Under the pieces are notes generated by a model. That model worked only from the letters and a program-made list of their open reading frames with translations, was not told the DNA's origin and did not search any database. DNA of 64,000 nucleotides from Antechinus flavipes (lineage: Eukaryota): positions 483,972,001 to 484,036,000 of the forward strand of contig NC_067401.1 in the NCBI RefSeq assembly GCF_016432865.1, written 5' to 3'. This document shows positions 11,346-24,559 of the stretch, in pieces. Numbering within the stretch: the stretch's first letter is position 1; each line of letters opens with the position of its first letter. The translations under genes were made by a program, and so were the position numbers.

Positions 11346-13849
11346 AGGGCTTTAGCTACCTTAGGGATTCTGAGAGCTGATTTGTTCAAAGTCGCATCAT
11401 GAATAAATTGAAGATCTGGGACTAAAACTGAGGTCTCTATGCTCTTGTTTCAGGGTTTCTTTTTTTTTTCCTAGAGCATAATCAAACCAATACTAATAAA
11501 TAGCATATGGAGAGCTACACTATGACTTTTAGTTCTTTCCCACAGAGAAATCATTTATTACAACTACACTCTCTCTGGACTGTAATGATCAGTTGCCTCA
11601 AAGATACATAACCAAGCCATTCTTTTACAGTATTTTGGGAGAAGCCATTTCTACCACATGGACTGTTTTATTATGAGCATTCCAAATGATTGTTACCAAC
11701 TCTGGCCAATGAATGACAAATTTACATACGCATCATGTCATCCAGCAATATTTTACAGCTTTAATTGCTTTAGCTTCAGGCATTCTATGTCAAAATAGAG
11801 TGTTTAATGTCCTTCAAGTTGCTCTGTTTCTTTGCAACAGTTAAATTATTCTGTAATTTGCCTGTTTTCTTTCTGATGCAATGTCCATTAAGTCCTTCAA
11901 TAACTTATGATAGCAAGTACAGGATTCAATTTTTAACTTTACGTAAAGATTTCTTAGTAGATGCCATGCATATGTCAGGGTGAACAGAAAGATTGAAATT
12001 CAGTCCCATTCAATCCAATTTATCCATATTACTAGTCAATTAAAAAAGGATATTTTCCAGTGTCTGAGAGTTGGATATTTTAAAAAATGTACTTTTTCCG
12101 GTGAGGGGATAAAGAGTCAAAAGATCAACACAACATTTAGTAAATACTAAATTTCAGGCAGTGCAATAAGCACTGAGAATAAAAGGAAAAAGCAAAAATA
12201 ATTCCTGTCTTCAAGGAATTTACATTATCATTGAGGACCTGACATATCTTTAAGTAGAAAAAGAGATTATTATACCATTTTACTCATGTTCTCATTCTCA
12301 CAGTTGCATGGTGCTGCTTGATTATATACATGGATCTTGTATATGGATTATATGAAGAATGTAGGTTGGAATTGTGGCTCTAATACTTACTTCACTGTTC
12401 TGGCTATGTTTCTTCATCTCTAAATGAGGCTATTGAACTAGACAATTTTGAAATTTCTTTTGGCTTTAAAGTCAAGATAATACATTTCAGAGTTTAAATA
12501 GCTTATTGTTTTTTGAAAGTTTTAGTGAAATTTTTAAAAATAATTTTTGTACTTCTGTGTACTTTTGTATGATCATGTTTCAGTTGAATGTTGAAGGAAT
12601 GAATTAAACAATGGGAAATGAGTACATATTGCTCCTTATCCAATCACAGTTTAGGAGAAATATAGGGCTGTTGGAGTTCATGTGTATATGTGAAAAAAAA
12701 AAAAAGCAAATGGTCTTTGGCTAGCTTTTGCTCACATTTCTAAGATAAATTATCAAAGAGTTTTTGTTAATTTGTTAACATTTGTAATGGCTGGATATCA
12801 TGTCTTGAGTGGGAATCCCATCACAAATGACATTATTTTAGATACAGAGATTAAAAGCTAAAAAAAGAATAGATTTAACTACAATACAAATATGCTGCTG
12901 ACATCTGTAAATGATTCTCTTTTCAAGATATCAATCCCAATTGAACATGGGGAAGTGAAACCCTTCTAAAATTGTCATGCTAGTATTATGAGGCTTTGTC
13001 CTTAGGGTGGAAAGGTACATTTGCATGGCTTAGAAATTTCCACTCATAGGGTTTGCCATTTTCCATCGTTTTAGTTTTAACAGCAGGTCCTTTTATTTCT
13101 GTACTCCTTTCAATTTCTTTCAACAGTTGGCAAACCTACTTCTCTGCCTCTTTCTGTACTAGGCAGCACCATAACTGCCCACTCCATGTGACTTCCTAAA
13201 GGTTTTCATTGTGCTTTTCCTGTCATTACCAAGAACTACATGTTTATAGCTCCATAACAATTGAAACCCTGAGAACTTCAATTAGGCTGTCTTTTAGCCC
13301 TAGAGCCTCATGAGAAATGTACAATTTCTCTTCAGTTGTCCCTTTATTATATACTCACATACTGTATTTTCACATTTAATGCTATCCTTATTGGCCTCCT
13401 TTCCTGATTCCCTAAAATTATTGAATTTAAAAAATTCTTTAATTTAAATTTAATTTAATTTAAAAGCTTCTTTAATTACTGACTTTTTATTTGTCATGTT
13501 ATGAGTATCAGGTTTCACTGAAATTGGAGATATAACCTTAGTGATAAGACTATATCCGTCAGTTTCTTGGAAGAATTTCTGTTTTCATTTGGTGTCATAT
13601 ACAATTTCCCTATTATAATTGATAAATAATTCTTTTAATACATCTAAATCCTAATTAAAAAAATACCATTGAATAAGAAAGAGATCTCTGCTTTTTTGGA
13701 ATCTTTTTTTAACCACTTAAAAAATTCAGTTACTAGAGTTTAGTCTGAATCCTTTATTCATGGTGAAATTATTTTCTATTGTAATTTTTAGGAGGTGGCT
13801 AGGGAAGCAGGGGGCAGATGTCTATAGATTGGTTAAAAATCTATCAATA

Positions 13850-16460
13850 TTTTATTAATTATTTTTGATGTTTATAAAAAGTCACTTCTTAATAACACAT
13901 TCCCCATAGTACTTTTTCTTATAAAAGAAAAATAAAATGATGAAACCAAACTGACCAATATATGTCCATGTCAAAGTAGGCAATATTTGCACCTGTGGTT
14001 CACTACTTCTCCATTAAGAGGAAGATAATTGTGTTCCAATATCAGTTATCTGTAACCAATATAGATTTGTGAATTTTAATGAATTCTGTTGTCTTTTAGT
14101 GTTATTTTCATTTATTTTATTGTAATCATTGTGTTCCTTATTTTGGTTTTCCTTTCTTTACTCTGTAGTAAATTCTAGCCTTCTAATATTTGTCTTATGT
14201 ATACATATTATTTGTGTTTAAATAGTATGACATCTATTATATTTATATACCCTAATTTATTAAGCTAGTTCTCTAAGTTCTTGTTTATTTCCTAGTTCCT
14301 CACAATTAAAACAAAGAATATTATGAATATTTTGGTCTTTATGAGATTTTTTAAATCTTTGATTGCATGGGAATATATGCCTAGAGATGGGATGATTGGG
14401 TCAAAGGGTATGAGCCAAAGGTTATGAATAACTTTTTTTTTAATGGCCACAGGGTAAATTATTTATTTAACATTTATTTTTCATTCATTCATTCATTCAC
14501 TTATTTAACATTTAACATTTATTTTTCTTAATTATGTATAAAAACAATTTTAACATTTTTTTCAAATTTTGAGTTCCAAATTCTCTCCCTCATACCCTCT
14601 CTCTCACTGAGAAGGCAAGCAATTTGGTATAGGTTATATTTGTGTATGCAATATGCAAGACATATTTCCACGTAAGTCAGTATGTGAAAGAAAACACAAA
14701 CCAAAAATCCCCCAAGAAAAATAAAGTTAAGAAAAAGTATCTTTGATTTGCATTCAGGCTCTACCAGTTCTCTCTCTGGAGGTGGATAACATCTTCATCA
14801 TAAGTCTTACAGCATTATCTTGGATCATTTTATAGCTAAGAATAGCTAAGTTATTCATAATAGATCATCATACAACATTGTTGTTACTGTGTATAATGTT
14901 CTCTTGATTCTGCTCATTTCACTTTGCATCAATTCTTGTAAGTCTTTCCATTGTTTTTTCCTGAGAGCATCCTGCTCATCATTTCTTAAAACACAATAGT
15001 ATTTCATCACAATTCTTATACAGTTTGTTCAGCCATTCTCCAGTTGATGGCTATCCCTTTCAGTTTCCAATTCTTCACCACCCTTAGACAAGCTGCTATA
15101 AGTGTTTTTGTATACATAGGTTCTTATTCTTTTTGTTTTTTTATTTTGTTGGAATACAGACCTATTAGTGGTATTGTTTGGTCAAAGGGGATGCGGGGAT
15201 GCATGGTTTTATAGCCTTTTGGGCATAATTCCAAATTGCTCTTCATAATAGTTGAATCAGTATACAATTTTACCAATAGTACATTAGTGTTTTAACTTCC
15301 TGTATATCCTCCAACATTTGTCATTTTTCTTTTCTTTCATATTAGACAATCTGATATATGTAAGGTAGTAATTCAGAATTGTTTTAATTTGCATTTCTCT
15401 CATCAATAGTCATTTACAGCATTTTAAAACATGACTATAAATAGCTTTTATTACTTTGAAAACTGCCTGTTCATATCCTTTGACCATTTATCAACTGAAT
15501 AATGGCTTTTATTTCTATAAATTTGATTCGATTTTTAAATATGTTTGAGAAATAAAGTCTTTATCAGAGAAAGTATGAGTAACTTTTCTTGCATAATTCT
15601 GAATTATCAGAACAGTTACATCAATTCATAGTCCCACCAATAATGTTACTGTTTTTCTTCCAATAGCCTTTTAAAAGCATTATTTTATTTATTAATTTTT
15701 TTTATCTTAGCTAATTTTGAGATTATACTATGGAGTAGTTTTAAATGGTACTTTATTATTTGTTTCATAGAACATTTTTCAAATAACTTGTAGTAAATTG
15801 CATTTAATCTTATGTATCCATTTATAATTTGTTGTGGTATATGTTACAATATTATGTTCTAAATTTATTTTCTATCAAAGTAATTTTTTAAATTTATATT
15901 TTTTTATTAAATAAGGATGATTTACATTTTGGGGCTTATGAAACATTGACTAATTTGTCTGAGTGCTCTGGGTCTTAATTATTCGTCTGCTTCATTGATT
16001 TACATATATATTTAATCTAGTATCTAGTATAAATAGTATATATATTAAATCAAGTAATGTGTTAAATCTAGTAATCTATGTTAATATATGCATATATATT
16101 AAATCTAGTATATATTGTGAGTGCATGTGTGTGTGTATTGTAGTACAATTTGGGAAGTAGTTGAAAGCTCTCCTCCCCATTAATTTAAAAATCATAATTT
16201 CACTTGAAATTTTTGACTTTTTGCTTCTTCAAATTAGTTTTTTTATTATTTTGTCATTATTTTAAGAAACCATTTGGTATATTGGTACAGCACTAAATCT
16301 ATAATTAATTTAGGTAGTACTGCTGTTTTTAATTACGCTTTTATAGCAGAGACTTCTACAATGAATATTATTTCAATGATATGTTTTCCTTTCTTTCTGC
16401 AAAGATTATATTGCTTTTGTATTCATATAAGTCCTGATTGTGTCTTAACTTTCACATAGT
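13850..16460 (-). mobile_element. Ancient decayed L1, interrupted at 14437-15573
   Basis: T-rich antisense L1 3'UTR/ORF2 motifs (gggtcaaagggtatgag...cagtcccacc). Confidence 0.6.
14437..15573 (-). mobile_element. 5'-truncated L1 nested in the older L1
   Basis: TSD tatga(a/g)taactttt at 14423-14436 and 15574-15587; poly(T) at the left end; ORF2 C-terminal motifs. Confidence 0.85.
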
Positions 16461-16584
16461 TTGTGCATTGTGTAATTATTTTCTTTTAGCTCTGCATTCT
16501 AGGGTCAAGAAGAAGAAATTTAAGCTATGTATTTTCCTTATGATAATCTCTACAACTATCATGTTACAGGATCACAGGGCTATA

Positions 16585-16918
16585 GAAATTTAATATTTTA
16601 GAATTGGAAGGCATCTCAGTGATGATCCACTCCAAAACACACCTGTAAAAGATTCATTACTGCAAAGCATTCAGCAAGTGGTCATCTAGACTTTGTTAGA
16701 AGATCTGCTTTTAGGGGGAGCCCACTCTAGCTCAGGGTATTCCATTCCAGTTATGTATAATTCTATTTGATAGGAAGTTTTTCCTGATATCAAGTCTAAA
16801 TCTTTCTCTCTGCAACATCTATCTTAATTGTTCATAGTTCTGTCTTCTGGGGGTACAAACACAATAAATCTATTTTCATTTTCAGGTGGCAGAGTCCTTC
16901 AAGTATTTGAAAACAGTT
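16585..16918 (-). mobile_element. L3/CR1 fragment
   Basis: Antisense CR1 motifs (ggaagtttttcctgatatcaagtctaaatc...ttcaagtatttgaa). Confidence 0.7.
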
Positions 16919-16925
16919 GAGATGT

Positions 16926-17110
16926 CAGTTAAGTGGTCCAGTAGACTTCTGGATTTGAAAGGTCAGGAGGATCTGAGTTTGAATTCAATCTCACATTAAC
17001 TAGGTGTGATGTCCTGGGTAGTCACCTCCATGAGCCTCAGTTTCCTTATCTGTAAAATGAAGATATTGGAGTCAATGGTTCTTAATGTCCCTTAAAATTC
17101 TAAATTTATG
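16926..17110 (+). mobile_element. MIR3-type SINE
   Basis: CORE gcctcagtttccttatctgtaaaatg with an L3-like 3' end. Confidence 0.75.
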
Positions 17111-17118
17111 GACCTATA

Positions 17119-17757
17119 TGTTATGGACCAGAACTTGAAACAAAGTGCTAAGTCAGTGGAATTGATAGAGACAATAGGTATCTAATTTAGCATGGTTCAG
17201 TATGATTGATTTAATTAATCCTACAAGGAGATGTTATGGGCCAGAACTTGAAACAAGGTACTAAGTGGAATTGAGGAAACAATGGTTAAATCTATTAGCA
17301 TTGATTTAATCCTACAACAAATAATGGTTTCCTAGTGATATAATGATTAGTGTATACTCAGTGTGGGGCATATAAGGAGAAGCTCTCAGGGCCAAAAGGA
17401 CAGGAGCACTAGACACTCTCGGAGGCTGAGACAGACTCATTCCATCTTCCACCTTTGTTCTGGCTGGAGGCTGAAGCACAAACCCTTGGATTTGAAGACA
17501 TTCTGAGGGAGCTAGAGGCAGAAGCTGGCAGAGGCAAAGGACGAATGGCAGGAGCTCCAAGGAGAGAGATAGGCTTTTAAGAAAGCTAACTGGGTCCCAG
17601 GAAAAGAGACAAGACTTTGAAGGAGACAATAAAAGATTTGGACTTTAACTCTTGGCTGCATTTGGGGTGATTACTGAACTGAAATTAAGGCCGCCTCCAG
17701 AAGCCCCCCAAGAAAACTGCTCCCAGAGAAGATTACATTTTAGAGAAGAATATTACA
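17119..17757 (+). mobile_element. ERV solo LTR (639 bp)
   Basis: TG...CA ends; flanks cctata/cctatc; TATAA at 17371; AATAAA at 17628; ~110-bp repeat in U3. Confidence 0.85.
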
Positions 17758-19091
17758 CCTATCCTTCCATTCTTCAGAAGTCTTCTAAAGATTCAAAAGT
17801 CTTAGTTCTGTCAATTAATCGCCTTATGCCATAGACTTAAGGCCCTTCAACAACACAGTATTACTGAAGTGATATGACCAAAGCCATCACATCACACTTT
17901 CAACTCAAGGGAACAAATATAGCATTTTGAAGAGTCACTGGAAACATTTGTCATATTTAGCTCTTAGCATCTATTCTATCAATCAATGCTTTCCATCTTT
18001 GACTCCTTGTCTTTAATGAGTATTTTAAATTTTTAGTAATGGGGTAACGGGAATAATACTTTTAGTTAGTCTGGTGTATAATAAAGGTGCTATTTATACT
18101 TTTTCTTACTTTTCTGATCAGAAGGTGACAGGCTGAAAATTTTGATATGACAGAGTTTAATTCCTTGAATTAACAATGGCTATATACCAACATGACCAAA
18201 CTCTTTAGACAAGAAGAATAAAAATTACATAGGGAAGAAAAAAATCCATAATTTACTAGGACCTGTAGGATTCATGGGCTATTTATTTTGTCATCTCTGG
18301 GTATTGTCATCTCTGGGTATTGAGCAGGTTATCAGCATATAGTGTCATGAGCATTCCAAATCCAAAGGTGTTGCCTACTCCTTAGGGGATAAATTCTTTT
18401 GAGATCAGACTATCTTTTGGTTAGCTTAGTATATAGTGTACATAGTATACACTTAATAAATATTTATTCACTAACTGAATGACTGGTTTTAACCTTTTGA
18501 AAAATGTACACTTGAATAATCAAATTATTTGGATTATTAGCCCAAAACAAAAGTTACCTTTAATTTTCCTAAAAGGTAAACCACTAGTCTGATTGTTTAT
18601 TCCCCCCATTGTTGGGGAATAAGCTTCCCCAAGGCCAGGAAATTATGGAACTGTGTAAAGATAAGCTTGGCTTAACAATTCTTAATGAGAAACTCCCTGA
18701 CTGACTGCTAATTTTTGAGAATCCATAATAATTATAATGCTATTCAGAAAAAAAAAGGAAAGGAAAGGAAAGAAAAAAAGGAAGTGGAGAAAGAAATCAG
18801 TATTTGCAAAATCACTGATCATTTTCCTGTTTTCCTTCTTCATGTTCCAGTCTATCTTCCTTGCTACTTTGCAATCTTGGGGGATGACTTGATACTCCAT
18901 CTCATGCCTGAGGACAGGAGGGGGCAGGAAGGGTGAGGAGAAGGGGGTACTTGTGGCTACAATCCTGTATTGAATTTAATTTTTCATTGATAATTAGACT
19001 CTCAGAGCCACCTGATATTTTTGACCAGCAGGAAACAAAAGCCCACTGATTGACTCAAGGGATCTGAAGGAGCTGTTCCCACTGTGCTCAC

Positions 19092-19320
19092 CCAGCAGNN
19101 NNNNNNNNNNNNNNNNNNNNNNNNNNNNNNNNNNNNNNNNNNNNNNNNNNNNNNNNNNNNNNNNNNNNNNNNNNNNNNNNNNNNNNNNNNNNNNNNNNNN
19201 NNNNNNNNNNNNNNNNNNNNNNNNNNNNNNNNNNNNNNCCTTTAGTTATCTTCTGCAAACAGCATTTTTGCCAGGTTAGATGAGCAATCTCGGGTGCTTT
19301 GTTTTACTCAGGTAATTATT
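19092..19320 (-). other. Candidate first exon spanning the assembly gap
   Basis: CTGCTGG|GTGAGC donor (GT at 19091-19090) just left of the gap; TATA-like TTATAAT at ~19317-19323 on the minus strand; TE-free. Confidence 0.28.
19099..19238. other. Assembly gap (140 N)
   Basis: N run. Confidence 1.
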
Positions 19321-20499
19321 ATAAGGCTTCCAGAGCTGTCCAGACTAGAACTACACTGATTATCTGTGGCCAATTGGATACAAGAAAATTCATTTTTCAA
19401 CCTTAACAGTTAGACATTTCTATGTGCTTAATTGTATACAAAGTTAACGGGCCACATTTGCAAAGGTTTTATTGCAATGCAAACAATAGAAGAATATCAT
19501 TTGAGAGGCAATCCTAATGCTGCCTGGGTTATTAATATGTTTTTTTGTAAGAAGGTGTCCTAGTGACAGCTTCTGGTGGAGTGATCCGCTCTAACCATTT
19601 AGTACAAAAAAGGTGTGAAAATACTAGGCTATGGCCAGTTAGCAGAAATCATAGTTGTACATGCTCAGACCTGCAGTGTTATACCCAATATGAGGAAGTC
19701 TTATGGAAGAATTGATAACTCTATGGATCTTTTTTTTTTAATTTGAGAAATGCACAGAGAGATAAATAGGGTCTATTTCATTGGTGGTATGTATGTGTGT
19801 ATGTGTGTCTATTTTTATCAGTATAGTTTCTTAGATTTTTATATAGGTAAGTTGGAAACATTATGCTATTGCTGTTACAAAATTATATAAAAACATGTAC
19901 CAATGGCTCCTCAGCTGCACCCTTCTCTCCCCAAAAGTTGTATTAATCATTCACAATAAGATTTCTGAGACAATTCTCAAGCAGTCTTGTTGATAGCCTT
20001 ATATTTTTTAGTCTCCAGTTCATGGCACCAAGTTAGACCTATTTAATGTTTTTTTTTTCTTTTGCATTTTTCTTTAGATTAAAAAGTGATTACTACTGAA
20101 TGAAGTGATCCTAGAAGGATATATGGGAACATGGGCAATGTTGCTGTTTTTGGATCCTCATGCTTCTAAAATCTTTGTTCTAGTTTCTCTGACTGAAAGT
20201 TATACAGATTTGTATGTCACCTAGGAGAAGGGATGGCTTTAATAGATTTTCTCATTCAGGGATCAGTGAATTCCAATATGTCCTCCCATTAAACATCTTA
20301 GAAAGGAGGACCTTCCTTCCATTTATGAAAGCTTTCATCATGCTTGGTTCCACAGTGTAAGGTATAGATTTCATAATAAAAAATAGCCATCTTACAACAT
20401 GCTATTTCCTTCAATTGACATATCTTGAAAGGTTGTTATTGATACATTATTTTGGATCCTTTTACAAATGTCACTTGAAGTTGCAACTCAACACATATT

Positions 20500-20620
20500 T
20501 CTTATCGCTTACTGGGGTTGTTGTGAGGATCAAATGAGATAATATTTGTAAAATGCTTAGTGTGATCCCTGGCACAAAGTAGCTTCTATGTAAATTCTAA
20601 CTATTATTGTTGCTATTATT
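20500..20620 (+). mobile_element. MIR 3' fragment
   Basis: gttgtgaggatcaaatgagataatatttgtaaaatgcttag. Confidence 0.8.
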
Positions 20621-21279
20621 ATAAGTTATGTTCAAAGCACTTCAATAGAGTCTGGAGATTTAAAGATAAAGGGGAAAAATAGACATTATCCTCAAGAGAT
20701 GTATGTTTTATTAAATTTTATGGTCAGGAAAAATAGAACACAGGAAAGGGATGCAAACAGATTTTTCTTATCAATTTTCTTTTTCTGTGTTCTTTTGTCT
20801 AATTTCTTTTTACTAAAGAAGGCCAAGAGGAGGGGTAAGGAATATAATAAGAGTTTTCTATAAAAGAAGAGATCTTCTAAATGTTAAAATGCATAATGTA
20901 TTCAAAGAATTAAAAATCTTTTTCAAAATTTGAAGGGTAAGCACTTATTTCACTTCTCAAAATAGAAATGGAGGTGATAATATTGTGAAAATTTGAGTTC
21001 CAAATTCTCTCCTTTCCTTCTTTTCCACACTGCTCCCTTCACTGATAGAGCAACAATTTGGCATAGGTTATACATGTGAAACATATCTCTATTTTTAATC
21101 TTATAATTAAATGGGAAAATAGAAATATTAATCAAAGTCCTTTAGGACTGTGGTCAATGACAACAGAATCAGCCTAACCTAAATCTGCAATGTTGGGTTT
21201 TTGCTTTTTTTGCTCATTGGCTATTAAATATGATGATGTCGATACATTTGAAACACTCACATTGCTGTCAGTGAGTCCA

Positions 21280-21420
21280 AATTCTAGCACCTTTAAAAAT
21301 CTCTTTAACACTAGGTTGCTATATGGCTGCAAGTCATGGAACACATCAATCTCAGAAGAAAAGCAATTATAACTAATTCAAAGGGCAATGGAAAAATGCA
21401 TGTTAGGAGGTGGTAGGAGG
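21280..21420 (+). mobile_element. Ancient RTE-type LINE fragment
   Basis: Translates LLYGCKSWN..EEKQL*LIQRAMEKCMLG, resembling the RTE post-RT motif L.YG.E.W...QRAMER.MLG. Confidence 0.6.
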
Positions 21421-21818
21421 TTCTCAATATTGTAATTATTGAATGACAACTTAACTGTTTTCCAGTTAGTTGGAGTGACATCATAATGAAGCTTCCGCCA
21501 AAACAATGTGATTTGGGAAAAAAAGGGCCAAGACCCCAAAATATGTCATGTGACTGTCATTGAAGAGTCAGCTTTGTATCATAAAGTTGTATCTTCTCAA
21601 TCAAAATGAACCTGTCTCTGTAAAAGAGGGATGCACCCTTAAAGATGATAAAATCTGAAATAATATTTGAAAAGAAGAAAGTTGGATTTTTGTTTCATAT
21701 TCTTAAGGGTATTTGAAATTGAGGGAACCTCAGCAAGATTATAGCAAGCAAAGATAATTGAATGTAATCATAATCTAACCAGAAACAGTCGGGGAAGGCA
21801 TATAGGGAAGATGTAGAG

Positions 21819-22010
21819 CAGGGGTCCTCAAACTATGGCCTGCAGGCCAGATGCAGCAGCTGAGGACATTTAGCCCCCTCACCCAGGGCTATGAAGTTTC
21901 TTTATTTAAAGGCCCACAAAGCAAAGTTTTTGTTTTTACTATAGTCCGGCCCTCCAACAGTCTGAGGGACAGTGAACTGGTCCCCTATTTAAAAAGTTTG
22001 AGGACCCCTG
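21819..22010. mobile_element. OC1 (OposCharlie1)-type hAT MITE, copy 1 (192 bp)
   Basis: Perfect 16-bp TIR CAGGGGTCCTCAAACT; subterminal GGGACAGTGAACTGG; flanks atgtagag/atggtacc do not form an intact TSD. Confidence 0.88.
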
Positions 22011-24559
22011 ATGGTACCTCAAGTCTCCCCTGTCTTGCCTCTTCCCCATCTCTTTGTGTCTGCTTCTGTCTTTGTTTCTCTTTCTCTCTGTGTTTCTGTT
22101 TCTCTGTCTCTCACCCCCTTCTCCTTGAGGTGGGATAAGAGACTGCCTCTTCTGTCTGGTCTCCCATTACCATTCTTCCTTTTATTTCCAATAATCTCTC
22201 TTTTCTGTGTCATAGATCAGAAGTCACTTTACCCCTTTCTTTTTGTCTCTGTGCCAAAGATTGTCTCCAGAATCTACATTAGGTACTCATACCAGGGTAG
22301 GGTAGACCAATGGACCTCTGGGAAATGTAATAATTTGTATATTAAATTTATTCTCTTTGCAGGAATGCTTAAAATTCAATATCTTTAGTTTTATTGTTAA
22401 AATTATATTATCCATTTATAGAAGTCATTTTGATGGTTTTATATAGGGATCATAAGATTATATTCTAGAGCTAGAAGAGACCTCATAGGTCTTTTAGCCT
22501 AGAAATTGAGGCAAAGGAGTTTCAATGACTTAATCAAGTTCATACAAATAGCAAGCATTTAGAGTCAGACTATTTTTATTTAGCCAGAAAATTCTCTAAA
22601 TCTCCATATATTTGCAAGATTTTCTTAAATATCCCACTTTGTAATTGTGAACTGGATTTTGGAAATTAAACTAGTAAATATTACATTAAAAAATCACAAT
22701 TCATTTGCCTAATAAGAGCTAGAGGATATTTAGTTCCCCATTGTGAGGAGGATAAAATATTGAGATGGCTTTTTCAGAAATTAATGATTAAAGAAAAAAT
22801 CCTGATGGAAAACATCTTAGCTGCAGTTAATAATTAAGCCAACATCAGTTTAAAAAAGGCAATTTAAATAGAAAACTAAAAAAGCCTATTAATTGAAATC
22901 TCTTTAACAGACTATTGCATAAAACTGAACAATTACAATGATGTTTCAAATATATTAAATGTTTTCAAATGGAATGATAATTTAATATGCATAATTCTAC
23001 ACATGTATGTATGTATACATATATTTCTTGGTTGTATGCTGTATGATTGATAGAGAGTTTTATCTATTTTACTGAGTAAGATTCAGCTCAATACAATGCT
23101 AAATTGGCTACTTGCTAAAAACATGCCCCAGGGAGTTTCTGACTGGTAAAAGAATTTTTTTCTAGCGGTCTTCATATCAGATTGACAAAGAATAAAAAAT
23201 AGCATTAAAATAGATGGAAGTTAAGAAGTTTTAGAATTTTATGAATAACAATTTCTATAAAAAATTGAATTAAAGCATTATTGATTATCAGTATTAATTA
23301 TTGATCTCTGATCATGACATTGATCATGATTGGTTATCAGAACAGGATGATCCAAGTGGGATGTTAGCATCCTTGAGACACAATTAAAATAAGAAAAAGG
23401 CTTTCAATATTTTGGGATGATTATCCAAGGTGAATTTATGATAAAATTTGGATCCTGCCTATTGATAAATCTTTCTGAACTTACCTTGATTCAGATGACT
23501 GATCATCACTATGTCCACCCTTATAATTTTAATACTTTCACTGTAGTTATGCAATTTAGTTATACATAATTTTCTACTGTTGTCATTTTATGTTCATCAG
23601 TCTTATCTTTGTAGATAAATGGCAAACTCTCTTGAGGATAGGGCTTATTGTCTTACATTTCTTTTTTTATCCTAAACAATAGTAATGAATATAGAGTAAT
23701 CGTTACTTGTTGGTTGACTGCACATTGTGCTTAATACAGGCTTATTGAGTTGGATTGAATAAGAAGCCATGAGAAAAGGGAATCCCAAGTGGTTAACAAG
23801 ATAGAAGACTAGACATTTATTTCTCCAAAACTCATTGTCTCTCAAATATCTTCAAAATAGATATTATTCACATAAAATAAGTACCTTTAGTTTTTTTTTA
23901 TGGGCTAAGAAAACAGAAATTCTAACAAGGTAGCAATGCTATGAATTAACAACAGAGAAGGTAAATCTCTAACATGTCTACCCAGCAGCTCTCTTCTACT
24001 AACCACCATACTCTGACAAGGCAGCACAAGGTAACTCATAGGCTAACATAACATAGGTAACAGAATTCAACCCTGTTTCATGGAAAGTTGGAAGCATGGC
24101 CTTCGTAGCAGTGCATTGTGATACCAGAGAGTTGAAGAACAGAAGGACCGAGGAAGGGATGCCAGCATGTGTGTATGGCACCACTAGGTCTGAAGGAAAA
24201 GAGATTGGAATTCAGTTGTCATCCCTTCCCTTCATAGTAGAAGGGATAGAGTGTGGATCAGTATAGAAGGAGATTGAGACAACTTTGAGCCCCAGGCTCT
24301 GAAAAAACCACCATCAAAAGGGAGGAAGTAAAAAAAATGAGTAATAGAGGGATATAAAGAAAAAAAAGACTAAAATTACCAAATAACTTGGGAGGAAGGA
24401 AAGACCTTGAATTCAAGGAGGTAAACCAATAGGCAAGATTTAAAAAAAAAAAACCTCTTATTTTGTTAAGAATTCCTCTCTTTCTCATACTGTGAGAGAT
24501 ATATGATCTTTTTTAAATGTTAAAATTACATATGTGTTTAGAATGTTGTGGAGCATGTT

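Noticed and set aside
18288-18319. 16-bp tandem duplication (a similar one is at ~50048-50087)
   Set aside because: Ordinary slippage duplications
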